From Eledone cirrhosa (taxonomy: Eukaryota), in contig OZ024740.1 of NCBI GenBank assembly GCA_964016885.1, forward strand, positions 274,536,001-274,600,000: a stretch of DNA of 64,000 bases, read 5' to 3'. Below the pieces are notes generated by a model that was not told where the DNA came from, searched no databases, and worked only from the letters and a program-made list of their open reading frames with translations. The translations under genes were made by a program, and so were the position numbers. Below are positions 28,109 to 43,505 of the stretch, in pieces (position 1 is the stretch's first letter; the number at the start of each line of letters is the position of its first letter).

Positions 28109-29344
28109 CAGACAGAAAGAGAAACATTCATTGTTGATATTCTACTTTGTTTCAGACAAGTGATATGACAGTCAATTACATTTTAACATGTAAGATGTCA
28201 GATTCCGTATCTGAAGTTTATGGGTTCAAATTTCTAAATAGTAAATACTTAGTTTTGGAGTTCTTCTTATATGGCAAATGAATTGATCGAAGACTGTATT
28301 GTAACTGAAGCATTAACCATTTTTACTAATGCAATAACCATTTTTACCATATAAATAAAACATATATTTATACTGTTATATTTGTAGAGGGTCATGTTGT
28401 CCTAATATTGCCAGAAAAAAATATCTGTTTAAACAAATGATTTTATATAAAAAAGAAACTTCTAAAATAAATACATCGCCAATACTTATACTGTTATATT
28501 CACTCTTTATATCTTTTTTAAGTGGCCAAAGTTTTCACCATCATCACAACCTGGTCACTGAAACTGATGTTGTGAAATTGTATCAGTGATGAGATTGCAC
28601 CAGAAAATAAATGAGAAGTGAATTAATATAACAATGTTTTAGTGTTTTAAAATTGTAGAAATGGCTCTACAGCAACGTAATTGTTAATATTTAGTTGCAT
28701 TCTTCAAATATAACGCCATTTCAATTTAAAGAATTAAACAACAAATAAAAATATTAAAAGTTTGTTTGGGAAATTTGCCATTAGAACACCAGCATAATAA
28801 TGACCTTTCAATCTAAATGTGTAAATATTAAAAGAAATAGCAGATTGTCTGAGAAATGTACAGTAAAAAACATTAAAATATTAGGCTTTTAAGGTATGAG
28901 ATGACAGATTCGGGAGTTTGTATGTTCAACTTCTAGAATAGATATTACTTCATTGCATTCTTCAAATATAATGACCTTTCAATTTAAATGAGTAAATATT
29001 GGGGCGAAATAACAGATCGTCTGGGAAAATTACTATTAAAATAGTATACTTAAATGAGTAAACATAAACATATAAATAAGCAGTTTGTTTAAGAATTTTG
29101 CCATTAAAATAAATATCAGAATGGAATAGAAGAAAGAATGAGAAAGTGAGAGAAAGGAAGAGAGAAATATAGAAATTTGTCTAGAGATTAGTTATTGGAA
29201 ATATTTTTATATTAGAATAAGGAGACAATTATGAGTTAGAGTGTTCTCATGAATATAACGAAGGGGAATGGAATATTTCTAGCTGATTTAGCTGAGATGT
29301 ACAGCATAATACTTCTAATAACCCAATGTGCTATGACATCCTTC

Positions 29345-29785
29345 ATAATAATTGTTTCTACTTTTGGCACAAGGCCAGCAATTACCCAGTGCCTCACTGG
29401 TACTTTATTTTATCGACCCCGTAAGGATGAAAGGCAAAGTCAACCTCGGCGGGATTTGAACTCAGATCGTAAAGGGACGTAACTATGCTGGAAAGCATGG
29501 CATCCGACCCTCTACCTATACTGCCAATCCACCAAAATGATGATTTCTATAATAGGTACATGACCAAGAATTGGTGAAAATGTAAAACAAATAATTGTTT
29601 CTGATTTAGGCACAAGACCAATAATTTTGGGGGAGGGAAAGATCAATTAAATTGACCCCTTCAATTTATTGACCCTATAAGGATGAAAGGCAAAGCTAAC
29701 ATAAGTGAGATTTGAACTCAGTATGTAAAGAGTCATAAATCTATGCCATGAAGCATATTGTCTGACACTCTAGTGACTCAGCCAA
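29345..29785 (-). mobile_element. Two SINE family B copies
   Basis: Family consensus on the minus strand. Confidence 0.8.
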
Positions 29786-30006
29786 TAATAGTTATCTTGC
29801 TCATACATTCCAGTTTGTCATTGTTTCCAGAGCTGAAAGCCCTTCCTAATGCACTTTACAGTGTGTACCAGGTGCATTTTATTGTGCCACCACCACTACC
29901 ACTTTACAGAGTGTAATGGGTGTATTTTATCATAGCAAGGTATGCTTTGTAGGAGATATTACTGTCATCAAGAAACTCACTGAATGAGGTTCTGACCTTG
30001 GCCAAA

Positions 30007-30351
30007 TCATCATCATCATCATCATCATCATTTTACGTCCACTTTACCCTGCTTGCAAGGGTGGGACGGGAGGTGATACTGGCTTGATTTCTACAGCTGG
30101 ATGCCCTTCCTAACACCAACCTCATTTACAGTGAGTTATGGGTGCTTTTTTATCCGTGGGACCTCCACGACCACTTTACAGTGGAATGATAGGGACCCCA
30201 GTCCCTATCATCTCATTTCTACAGCTGAGTACACTGGAGCAATGTGAAATAAAGTGTCTTGCTCAAGGAAACAACACATCACACGGGCCGAGAATTGAAC
30301 TCACAACCTTTCGATTGCAAGGCCAATGCTTTAACCACTAAGCCATGTGCC
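30007..30351 (-). mobile_element. SINE family A
   Basis: As for 421-742. Confidence 0.85.
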
Positions 30352-30416
30352 TACATAATATTAATATTTAGTACTTATAGATATCTTCCAGTGTATTTCT
30401 TCGGTATTATTTCCGA

Positions 30417-30603
30417 GGGTGGTGGATTGGCAGTAGAGGGTCGGACGCCATGCTTTGACGCATAGAGTTACGGCCCTTGCCATTCTGAATTCAAATCCTG
30501 CCGAGGTTAACTTTGCCTTTCATCCTTACGGGGTCGATAAAATAAAGTACCAGTAATGTACTGGGTAATTGCTGGCCTTGTGCCAAAAGTAGAAACAATT
30601 ATT
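30417..30603 (+). mobile_element. SINE family B
   Basis: Family consensus. Confidence 0.85.
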
Positions 30604-30657
30604 TCCTTTATAAGATTGTTTTTGAATAACATTTGTTTCTTTAAAAATTCCTAGAAA

Positions 30658-30746
30658 CTGAATTGATGAATGTATCATATATTTGATTTATTCTATTCAA
30701 ATATCATATATATTTGTGTGTATGTATATATATATTTATGTGTATG

Positions 30747-30778
<32 letters not shown>

Positions 30779-31471
30779 CATATATATATGTATATATATA
30801 TATGTATATATATGTGTGTATATATAAATATATGGAGGTACATGGCTTAGTCGTTAGAGCATTGGCCTTGCAATCGAAAGGTTGAGTTCAATTCTTGGAC
30901 CGGGTGATGTGTTGTCTCCTTGAGCAAGACACTTTATTTCACATTGCTCCAGTGTACTCAGCTGGAGAAATGAGATGATAGGGACTGGGGTTCCTATCAA
31001 TCCACTGTAAAGTGGACGTGTAGGCACCACGGTAAAAAAGCACCCAGCACTCACTGTAAATGAGATTGGTGTTAGGAAGGGCATCCAGCTGTAGAAATCA
31101 AGCCAGAATCAGTTCCCGTCCCACCCTTGCAAGCAAGGAAAAGCGGACGTAAAATGATGATGATGATGATGATGTATATATATGATGATGATGATGATGA
31201 TGTATATATATATATTACCGTGGTGCCTACACGTCCACTTTACAGTGGATTGATAGGAACCCCAGTCCCTATCATCTCATTTCTCCAGCTGAGTACACTG
31301 GAGCAATGTGAAATAAAGTGTCTTGCTCAAGGAGACAACACATCACCCGGTCCGAGAATTGAACTCAACCTTTCGATTGCAAGGCCAATGCTCTAACGAC
31401 TAAGCCATGTACCTCCATATATATATATATACACACATATATATACATATATATATATACATATATATATG

Positions 31472-31503
<32 letters not shown>

Positions 31504-31592
31504 CATACACATAAATATATATATACATACACACAAATATATATGATATTTGAATAGAATAAATCAAATATATGATACATTCATCAATTCAG
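30658..31592. repeat. 378-bp inverted duplication (30658-31035 / 31215-31592) including SINE A (30834-31170)
   Basis: The arms are reverse complements with about 2 mismatches and include unique flank, microsatellite and the SINE 5' part. Confidence 0.9.
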
Positions 31593-33260
31593 GAGAAGTA
31601 CCTAGCTAAAGGTAAACCCCTCTACTTAGCTTTTGTCGACTTGGAGAAAGCCTTCGACAGAGTCCCCCGCTCCATTATCTGGTGGGCTCTTAGAAAACTA
31701 GGCGTTGACGAATGGCTTGTGAGGGCTATACAAGCCATGTATAAAGAAACAGTCAGCAAGGTTAGAATTAACAACGAATATAGTGAAGAGTTTAGCGTAA
31801 AAGTTGGCGTCCATCAGGGCTCTGTTCTCAGTCCACTACTATTTATTATTGCCCTTCAGGCTATAACAGAGGAGTTCAAGACAGGCTGCCCATGGGAACT
31901 CCTATACGCAGACGACCTGACACTCATAGCGGAATCAATGGCCGAGCTAGAGAAGAAATTCCAAACATGGAAGCACGGCCTAGAGTCAAAAGGACTTAAA
32001 ATTAACCTGGCTAAGGCCAAAGTACTAGTTTGTAGGAAAGAAAACAAGGCGGCGGTCCCTTCTGGGAAATGGTCGTGCTCGGTGTGTAGGAAAGGCGTAG
32101 GTAGAAACTCCATTTTATGTCCTAAATGCAAAGGATGGGTGCATAAAAGATGTAGTGGGATCACAGGTAAGCTAACTAAGAACATAGATTTTACATGTGG
32201 CCGGTGCTCTGGTGCAATAAGTAGCAGCAAGTGCCCACAAACTACTAGCTCTTTCAATTGCGCAGAGGGTTCTATAGAAATAGTGGACAGCTTCCGTTAC
32301 CTGGGCGATAAAATCAGCAGTGGGGGAGGGTGCTCTGAAAGTACTGTAGCTAGAGTCAGAACTGGTTGGAAAAAGTTCAGAGAGCTTATACCACTATTAG
32401 CTGCTAAAGGGTTCTCACTAAAAATGAAAGGCAGGTTGTACGATGCCTGCATACGAACAGCAATGCTGCATGGCAGTGAGACCTGGGCATTGTGTGCAGA
32501 GGATATACGCAGACTAGAGAGGAACGAAGCTTGCATGCTCCGCTGGATGTGTAACAGTAATATACGTGAACGGCAAAGCATAAACGAACTAAGGAAAAAA
32601 TTAGAGATAAGAGGGATCAGATGTTGTTTACTCGAGAGAAGGCTACGTTGGTATGGACACGTGATGCGCATGAAAGTCGATAGCTGTATAACAAAGTGCA
32701 GGGCAATAAAGATAGACGGTAGTCACGGAATAGGCAGACCTAGAAAAACCTGGGACGAGCTGATAAACTCCGACATCACACACTTACACCTCTCCAAGAC
32801 AATGTCACTGGACCGAGACCTTTGGCGGTACTCAGTAACAGAGAAGACCCGCCTTACCTAAATATATAGTAAAACCTACTCCAGCCAGTAGGCATCTCTA
32901 ACAAAATACACCCCGTCCCACCACCACCACCCCCACCCGATCCACACCACCCCGTTCTATGTAAAGTTATGTTGGTGCCGCGCCATCGAGGCCGAAACAA
33001 ATGAGATCGTGTAGGTGTCACGACAAAAAAACACACAGTCCACGCTGTAATGTGGCCGTGTAGGCAACACGGTAAAAACCTCCCAGACCCACACTGTAAA
33101 TGTGGTTGGTGTTAGGAAGGGCATCCAACTGTAGAAAACCTGCCAGACAGTCCTATGCGAGCAAGACAATCACTCTTGCCTCAAGTGGGACTACCCCCGT
33201 CCAAACCCATGCAAGCGTGGAACACGGACGTTAAACGTTGATGATGATGATGATGATGAT
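31590..33260 (+). mobile_element. 5'-truncated young RTE LINE (RT-PHD-C-terminus, 3'UTR, (gat)n)
   Basis: Open frame to 32861: [22 protein letters not shown]4HC3 finger, [13 protein letters not shown]. Confidence 0.95.
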
Positions 33261-33273
33261 ATATATATACACA

Positions 33274-33318
<45 letters not shown>

Positions 33319-33323
<5 letters not shown>

Positions 33324-33446
33324 AACGAGTAGGACCCCGACGGCTGAGCTCAAGCCGTTTCGACGGCTAATTCTGGACTAAATTTAGTCCAGAATTAGAC
33401 ATCGAAATGGCTTGAGCTGAGCCATCGGGGTCCTACTCGTTCCTAT
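33319..33446. mobile_element. 128-bp palindrome containing the 3' half of a hammerhead in each arm
   Basis: Centre ggactaaa|tttagtcc. Minus arm reads GAAAC-GGC TTGAGCTCA GCC-GTC-GGGG. Right side has an extra tail to about 33513. Flanked by (TA)n. Confidence 0.65.
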
Positions 33447-33522
33447 TACCCACTCTACTACCCTACGTATTGAGTACTTTGCTGCGTTATGGTCCACCTG
33501 GTTCCTTACCACATTTCTTCCG

Positions 33523-33569
<47 letters not shown>

Positions 33570-33669
33570 AATATATATACATATGTATATATATATGTAT
33601 ATATATATACATATATATATATATGTAAATATATATACATATGTATATATATATGTATATATATATACA

Positions 33670-35894
33670 TAGAGAATAAATGGGAGAAAGACAGTCTCCC
33701 CCACATCGACCCAATAGAGGGACCAGCAGTGTTAGTCCAGGGTAGTACAATAAGCAAGGCAATCAAAGATATGAAGACGGGTAAGGCGGCTGGTCCTTCG
33801 GAAATAGTTGCTGAGATGCTGAAGGCATCTGGTTCGGTGGGACACACCATGGTCACCCGGATAGTTAACCAAGTCGTACAGAATGGGGTTGTTCCGAAGG
33901 ACTGGCGTAGCAGCATCATCGTTAACTGCTATAAGGGAAAAGGAGATGCCCTAGATAGGAGTAACTATAGAGGCATTAAATTAATCGACCAGGTCATGAA
34001 GGTCACGGAAAAAGTAATAGCGCAACTAATCAGAGAGAGAATTGATCTAGATGAAATGCAGTTCGGGTTTGTGTCAGGCAAAAGTACCACAGACGCTCTT
34101 TTCATCGTACGACAACTACAGGAGAAGTACCTAGCTAAAAGTAAACCCCTATACTTAGCTTTCGTCGACTTGGAGAAAGCCTTCGACAGAGTCCCCCGTT
34201 CCATTATCTGGTGGTCTCTTAGAAAACTAGGTGTTGATGAATGGCTTGTGAGAGCTATACAAGCCATGTATAAAGAAACAGTCAGTAAGGTTAGAATTAA
34301 CAACGAATATAGTGAAGAGTTTAGCGTAAAAGTTGGTGTCCATCAGGGCTCTGTTCTTAGCCCCCTACTATTTATTATTGCTCTTCAGGCCATAACAGAG
34401 GAGTTCAAGACCGGCTGCCCATGGGAACTCCTATACGCAGATGATCTAATGCTCATAGCTGAATCAATGACCGAACTAGAGAAGAAATTCCAATCATGGA
34501 AGCACGGCCTAGAATCAAAAGGCCTTAAAATTAACCTGGCTAAGACTAAAGTTCTAGTTTGTAGGAAAGAAAATAAGGCGGCGGTCCCTTCTGGGAAATG
34601 GCCATGCTCAGTGTGTAGGAAAGGCGTAGGTAGAAACTCCATTTTATGTCCCAAATGCAAAGTATGGGTGCATAAAAGATGTAGTGGGATCACAGGTAAG
34701 CTAACTAAGAACATAGATTTTACATGTGGCCGGTGCTCTGGTGCAATAAGTAGCAGCAAGTGCCCACAAAATACTAGCTCCTTCAACTGCGCAGAGGGTT
34801 CTATAGAAATAGTGGACAGCTTCCGTTACCTGGGTGACAAAATCAGCAGTGGGGGAGGGTGCTCTGAAAGTACAGTAGCTAGAGTCAGAACTGGACGGAA
34901 AAAGTTCAGAGAGCTTATACCACTATTAGCCGCTAGAGGGTTCTCCCTAAAAATGAAAGGCAGGTTATACGATGCCTGCATACGAACAGCAATACTGCAT
35001 GGCAGTGAGACCTGGGCATTGTGTGCAGAGGATATACGCAGACTAGAGAGGAACGAAGCTTGCATGCTCCGCTGGATGTGCAATAGTAATATACGTGAAC
35101 GGCAAAGCATAAACGAACTAAGGAAAAAATTAGAAATAAGAGGGAACAGATGTTGTTTACTCGAGAGAAGGTTACGTTGGTACGGTCACGTGACGCGCAT
35201 GAAAGATGTATAACAAAGTGCAGGGCAATAAAGATAGACAGTAGCCACGGAGTAGGCAGAGCCAGAAAAACCTGGGACGACATGATAAATTCCGACCTCA
35301 CACGCTTACACCTCTCCAAGACAATGTTACTGGACCGAGACCTTTGGCGGTACTCAGTAATAGAGAAGACACACCTTACCTAAATACAAAGTAAAAACCT
35401 ACTACAGTCAGTAGGCATCTCTATCAAAACACACCCCCGTCCCACCACCTCCACCCCATCCACACCACCCCTTTCAATGTAAAGTTATGTTGGTCCCACA
35501 ACATCCAGGCTGAAACAAATGAGATCGTGTAGGTGTCACGACAAAAAAACACACAGTCCACGCTGTAAATGTGGCCGTGTAGGCAACACGGTAAAAACCT
35601 CCCAGCCCCACACTGTAAATGTGGTTGGTGTTAGGAAGGGCATCCAGCTGTAGAAAACCCGCCAGACAGTCCACACTGTAATGTGGCCGTGTAGGCAACA
35701 CGGTAAAAACCTCCCAGCCCCACACTGTAAATGTGGTTGGTGTTAGGAAGGGCATCCAACTGTAGAAAACCCGCCAGACAGTCCTATGCGAGCAAGTCAA
35801 CCACTCTTGCCTCAAGTGGGAAAACCCCCGTCCAAACCCATGCAAGCGTGGAACACGGACGCTAAACCTGATGATGATGATGATGATGATGATG
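33670..35894 (+). mobile_element. 5'-truncated RTE LINE, same subfamily as 31590
   Basis: [17 protein letters not shown] and PHD insert. Small deletion and frameshift near 35205. About 113-bp tandem duplication in the 3'UTR (35553-35780). Confidence 0.95.
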
Positions 35895-36960
<1,066 letters not shown>

Positions 36961-38176
36961 TGCATTTTTTATGTATGTGGTTCTGTTTATGATGCATGTG
37001 TATGTTATGTTTTATGTATATTTAAATACATTAATTATATACTGGATTTTATATGGTTTTAGGGAGGACACACTCTGGCAAATACATATCTGGGTTGGAT
37101 AGAGATATATAAAACTTAATATAGTAACAATAACAAACAACAACAATTACATTAAACAACAGGAAAACAAATACACATCAACAATATCATCATAAAATAT
37201 TTACTTTCAAAATATGAGTTTGAAAAGGCAGAGAAAAAAATCGTTCACTGTCTACATCTCTTGGCTAAAGAAATTTATGTGAGAGAATATAACACAATAG
37301 AAAACTTACCCCTTCTACAATGCCTCAGTGTTCACCAAAATCTAAAATACACAATAATATAGAATATACAAATAAACATGAAATACATGTCGATAAAAAT
37401 CAAATAAATTCAATAAAAATAATACTATTTTGTAGTTTCTGTTTTGTTTTTCAAATAAATTTTATATTTTGGGGTATTTTGTATGTGAGTATATATGTGT
37501 GGGTGTGTTAACTTTTTTTTTGATGACTAAAGAAAAATATATTATATTCTTTCCAAATCTAATAAATAGCATGTATGTTTGAGTTAGTAAATATTTTTGG
37601 TGCATCTATATATATAATATATATATATCCCAAACTATGGTTCTACCACAAGAAGGGTTTTGCATGGCCAACGGCTTGTCTCTCCTTATAGTGTTGTGAT
37701 CCAGTTCTATGCAGTAAATGTGACTACGGCTCCCAAATTATGGCTCCACCATGAGAAGGGTCCAGCATAGCTAACTGGCCTGTCCCTTCTCATAACAGTG
37801 CCATACAGTTCCACACTGTAAACATGGTTGGTATTAAGAAGAGCATCCAGCTGTTAGTTACCATTTTTTCTCAATGACTGAATAAATATGAAAAACAATT
37901 AAAATAAAAATTACCTCAGATAATTTGTGGTCCCAAATGCAGTTTCACCATTGGTAAATGTGGTTCCGAGAAAAAAAACTCCAAATACACTTTCTAATAT
38001 GTTTGGTATTAGGAAGGGATTCCAACTGTAGAAAAGCAAACCCAAAAATGGATTATATAAGCCAGACTTGGTCACATGACCTATCTAGATTCATAAAATG
38101 ATACCAATCAAATCCATGCAAGCATGGAAAATAGACATTAAATGATGATGATGATAATGTATGAATATATATATAT

Positions 38177-38690
38177 GTCAGATCGTTCTTCAGCACTACT
38201 GGTAACATGTAACCCAGTACAACCTGGGCATGATCAGGTCATCGGCAACTAAACCAGCAGCTCCAGCAAGCTGGCTTGGTGAAGAGGCTTATATTAGACA
38301 CTGGAGGATGAAAAACATACCCCCTCAATAGTCAGAGGAACTCAGGAGAGTCAACAGCCATCCAATAAAGTTTTTTTGTTTTTTTGTGGAGCAAGAGACT
38401 CCTATTCTTCATTAACACATCTCTCTAGGAGAAGGTCACTCTTCTGTTTTCCTCCAATGCTGTAGACATAACGAAAAGCAGCCAGCCTACACTGTAAAGT
38501 GTTCATGCAAGTGTCATGACAAAAAGTACCCAGCACACACCGTAAATGTTGTTGGCATTAGGAAGGGAATCCAGCCATAGAAACCAAGACAGAAACAGCT
38601 CTGTGTGAGCAAGACACGGTTACCTGGCCCAACTTCGCTCAAATAGGAGAACCTGTGTAACCCATGATAGCCGGATGGCTGGAACAGGTA
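38177..38690 (+). mobile_element. Non-coding RTE-derived element (5'UTR-like head plus RTE 3' tail)
   Basis: Head is homologous to the 54433 and 56033 elements (actggtaacatgt..ccagtacaacctg..ggc.actaaac, ctaggagaagg), then RTE 3'UTR units. Confidence 0.55.
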
Positions 38691-38696
38691 AAAGAG

Positions 38697-39635
<939 letters not shown>

Positions 39636-39806
39636 TGTTATACTTGGGGAGGGTCATATTTGCGTAATATTGCCAGAATTAATAACAGAACACACTCACT
39701 GTTTGGTTGGTTTTCGCTTCTCGCTGTCTTTTATACCTGCGATCTAACTTACTCGGTCCTAAATGTTGCCATTGACTGACCGACGGTCAAAAATAATTCA
39801 GATACA
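39636..39806 (-). mobile_element. Solo LTR-like element with ATAT TSD
   Basis: ATAT-TGTTATAC...CAGATACA-ATAT; reverse complement of 16011-16181. Confidence 0.6.
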
Positions 39807-39846
39807 ATATAGACACACGATTTCATATAAAAAACCTCGCTAAACT

Positions 39847-39956
<110 letters not shown>

Positions 39957-40281
39957 CTGGCTCATTAATTTATTAACCTGCCATAGAACCACATTGGCAT
40001 ACGGTTGGATAATACTTGTATCCCTATATGTATTTTTTACACGTAGGAACACATACTTTATTATTATTATTCTCCCCTAAGGTAGAGCTAACATTTTGGT
40101 CGTTTGAACTGCTGCTATTTCTAGTGGCAGGACATTGACTTGTCCACCCCTGCCTTCTGTCTTTACACACGGCACTAGTCAGAATTGGTCCCTTCCTCAT
40201 TCACTCTCATCTGGGAACAGCTTTGTATGGTGCCAGTTTGTGATTTGAACTCGGGAATTTTATATTCTCCGAGCGAGAAGA

Positions 40282-40365
40282 ACCTTCTGACGAGAATCCC
40301 CTTCTCAATGGTTGTCCGCTTGGATTATCCATTCATTTTGGGATTTGAAACCGTGCGGTAAGGGT
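40282..40365 (+). ncRNA. Type-I hammerhead ribozyme, intact core, inside a TA-flanked insert (about 39955-40437)
   Basis: Stem I ACCTT/AGGGT, CTGACGA, stem II GAATCCC/GGGATTT with large structured loop, GAAA-CCG TG CGG-TA (GUA site). Confidence 0.85.
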
Positions 40366-40433
40366 ACATATAGTAAGTACAGCAAACTTTTTAAAATTTA
40401 TTTAAAAACTTTTTCTCTATTTGCTAAACCTTG

Positions 40434-40470
<37 letters not shown>

Positions 40471-40474
<4 letters not shown>

Positions 40475-40686
40475 ATGCTTTGGGAGGGTCATGTTGCCAA
40501 TAAGAAACACACGCACCATAGCTTTCACTCCAATTTATTATGAATTAAATTTATAAATTTAAGAATTTATAAATTTCCGGTTAGTTGGTTGGTTCCATAA
40601 CCGGACAGTTGTTCATATATTGTCAAAGTTCTTTCGTCACACATTAATGTTGTATTTTTCTTGAAGCATTGTATATAATATATAAC
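40471..40686 (-). mobile_element. Related solo LTR-like element
   Basis: ATAT-TGTTATGCTTTGGGAGGGTCATGTTGCCA; AATAAA on the minus strand near the end. Right boundary is uncertain. Confidence 0.45.
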
Positions 40687-40954
40687 GTTGAAAGAGATAT
40701 AACCTAAACATTGCAAAATGGACTGTAAAATGAGGCAACAAAAAGTAAGTTACCTGGTAATCATTGTTTTGTTTTTTAATCCACTGAAAGTTCCTTAAAC
40801 CTTGAAGAAGTGACTTTTAGGTCCTGAAATGTTGGACATAGAAAAAAAAAAGAATAACAATAACAAAAGACAAAACAAAGATTACCAGGTAACTATGTTA
40901 CCTCATCTTACAATCCATTTTGCATTGTTTAGCCTTCTATCTCTTTCAACGTTA
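40683..40954. mobile_element. Degenerate fold-back element with hammerhead-like motif in the spacer (40800-40835 plus)
   Basis: About 90-bp imperfect inverted arms. TTGAAGA-AG(T)GAC TTTTAG GTCCT-GAAA-TG-TT-GG. Confidence 0.6.
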
Positions 40955-41271
40955 CATATATATATATATAAGTTGAAATAAAATGAAAACGAAATTTCAT
41001 TTCTCACTCTTAGTACGGCACTTACTTAAATGTAAGTATGTGTGTATACGTACATACATATATGTATACAGACGTACAGTAGCATGCATATATATATATA
41101 TATATTTTCATTTTATATATATATATATTTTCATTTTATTTCAACTTATCATTTTCGGTATGCCTGACCGACTTAGCTCACTTGATATGCAAATTAGGCT
41201 GCTCAGCCGTTAATTTTCATACGGAAAGTATATACTTTCGAACATTCAACTATCTCGCAGATGGGTATACA

Positions 41272-41308
41272 GTGCTGATGATAGCTAACAAGCTTGAAAC
41301 TAGTACAT
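41272..41308 (+). ncRNA. Minimal type-I hammerhead ribozyme, intact core
   Basis: GTG-CTGATGA-T-AGCT AACA AGCT-T-GAAAC-TA-GTA-CAT with palindromic ACTAGT stem III. Inside a TA-flanked insert at about 41128-41445. Confidence 0.85.
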
Positions 41309-41469
41309 CGTTCCTGTGTCAGTGTTGAACAAAAAGGTGACGTGGTTGCCTTAACACCGTACGGCATAACAATTCAGGCTGTTCAGTTTGTTTACAAACG
41401 AACAAAGCGGCGTTATAATAAGCGTCCGCTAAACTGATACGTGCATATATGTATGTGTACCTGTATGTA

Positions 41470-41555
<86 letters not shown>

Positions 41556-42582
41556 TGCTACTGTACGTCTGTATACATATATGTATGTAGGTATACACAC
41601 ATACTTACATATATATATATATATATACATACACACACATTGATTCAAAATGCATGTATATATGTTTTATTCTGTATTTTGTTTTCTTTTTATATTGCAT
41701 TATTCCTGAGATGCAGAAATTGAATGCTTACTCTGAACTACACTTTCTCTTTTTATTTTTGCTTTTACTAACATGTTCACTACTACTACTAGTATGGTTC
41801 AAATCTGAAAACATTCTCTCATTAACGTGGTTTTAATTAAAACAATTTTCATAGCAAGATCAATTATATTAACATATACATAATAGGTTATGACATTTTA
41901 TTGTGTTAAATAGTGTGTGATTAGCATAATTTAATGCACTATAGTAAAGGTGTTGAACTTACTCAGTCATGAAAGATTTGGACAAAATAGCTTTCTTTTC
42001 CTCCTTACAGGGTTGATAAACAAATTTTAGTAGTACTGAGGTCAATTCTTGCATCCGTTTCCATTTGTATGTCTACACTCTTAGCTCTCCCTCTCAAATT
42101 TTGTTATATTACATTATCAGAAGGCTTGTCAGGAAACACTAATTCTGTCCATTTCTCTATAAATAGAGAAGGGTTGAGCAAAGGGCTAGCAACTCTTCTC
42201 ATTGAAAAACTGCTATGAAAGTATTCAAGGACAGCTTGATGTGTAGTAGAGAACAGAATGGGAATTAACATTAAGAAATAGAGGATGGCATTTTTGAGAT
42301 TCAGTGGAATTCTACTTCAAATCAGCTATTCAAAGTTTCAGTCAATCAATCACATTCCTGCAACTGGTGTAGCCAGGCGTCACGTTGCCACTCTAGATGC
42401 TTTCATAGTCAGCCATTGCCACTGGTCTCTATTCTCCATCATGCTTATAATGGTCTTAGTGTTGTGACCAATCTGGTCTTTAATAATGTTGGATGAGAAT
42501 TTTCTTTGTCTGTCTCTCCTTCACCCTTCCTCGACTGTGTCCTGAGGGATGGTTTTAGACAAGGAATTGTAATAGGATAAAT

Positions 42583-43505
42583 TCTGGCTATGAAAACAGC
42601 AGTTGGAATCAAGAGGACTGAGAGTGAACCTAGCTAAGACAAAAGTGTGGATAAGTAGAAAAGAGGACAAAACACTGATTCCATCAGGGAAATGGATATG
42701 TTTGATATGTAGAAAAGGAACTGGCATAAATTCTATAAAATGTACACAATGCAGATCTTGGGTACACAAGAGATGTAGTGGGATAGCAGGCAAGCTAACA
42801 GGTAGGGAAAACTATGTATGCAGTAGATGTACAGGAAAATTTGACAGTAGAAGTCGCAGTGATAGACACATTTTTCAAATGCAGGTGGGTTCTGTAGAAG
42901 TGGTTGATAGATTCCGGTACCTAGGTGATCAGATTAGCATGGGAGGGGGTGTTCCGGGGCCATAGTATCTAGAATGAGGACGGGTTGGAAGAAGTTTAAG
43001 GAGCAGCTTCCTCTGTTGACAAAGAAGGATTTCTGCCTGCATATGAAAGGCCGGTTATATGATGCCTGTGTGAAATGTATGATGCTGCATGGTAGTGAAA
43101 CATGGGCAGCAACTGCAGAGCATATGCGACGGTTGGAGAGAAATGGATGTGCAATGTCAATGTACATGAACGACTAAGCATAGATGAGTTGAGAGAGAAA
43201 CTGTGTATAAGAGAAACTGTTGTAGTGTGCGGGAGAGGAGACTGCAATGGTATGGGCAAGTGATGCGCATGGAGGATGACCGATGAGTAAAGAAGTGCCG
43301 AGAAATGCCAGTAGAAGGAAGACGCAGTAGAGGAAGACCACGAAAAACATGGGCAAAGGTGGTGAGAGCAGACCTCAGATCGCTGAAGCTCACAGAGGAG
43401 ATGAGGAAGGACCGTGACAAGTGGAGAGATGCTGTGCTGAATAGGATCTGTCCCACCATTGCAAGCAGGGAAAAGCATAAGTAAAATGATGATGATGGTG
43501 ATGAT
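42583..43505 (+). pseudogene. Divergent RTE LINE fragment with PHD insert
   Basis: GLRVNLAKTK..WICLICRK..CTQC..VHKRC..CSRC..FRYLG; frameshifted. Confidence 0.85.

Noticed and set aside
28156-28189. Possible 34-nt micro-exon (tttcAG ... GTaaga)
   Set aside because: Splice-like signals alone are common in AT-rich DNA and there is no coding support.
33489-33669. N-terminus of the 574-aa ORF
   Set aside because: Chance read-through from a palindrome tail and (TA)n into the RTE fragment, which really starts at about 33670.
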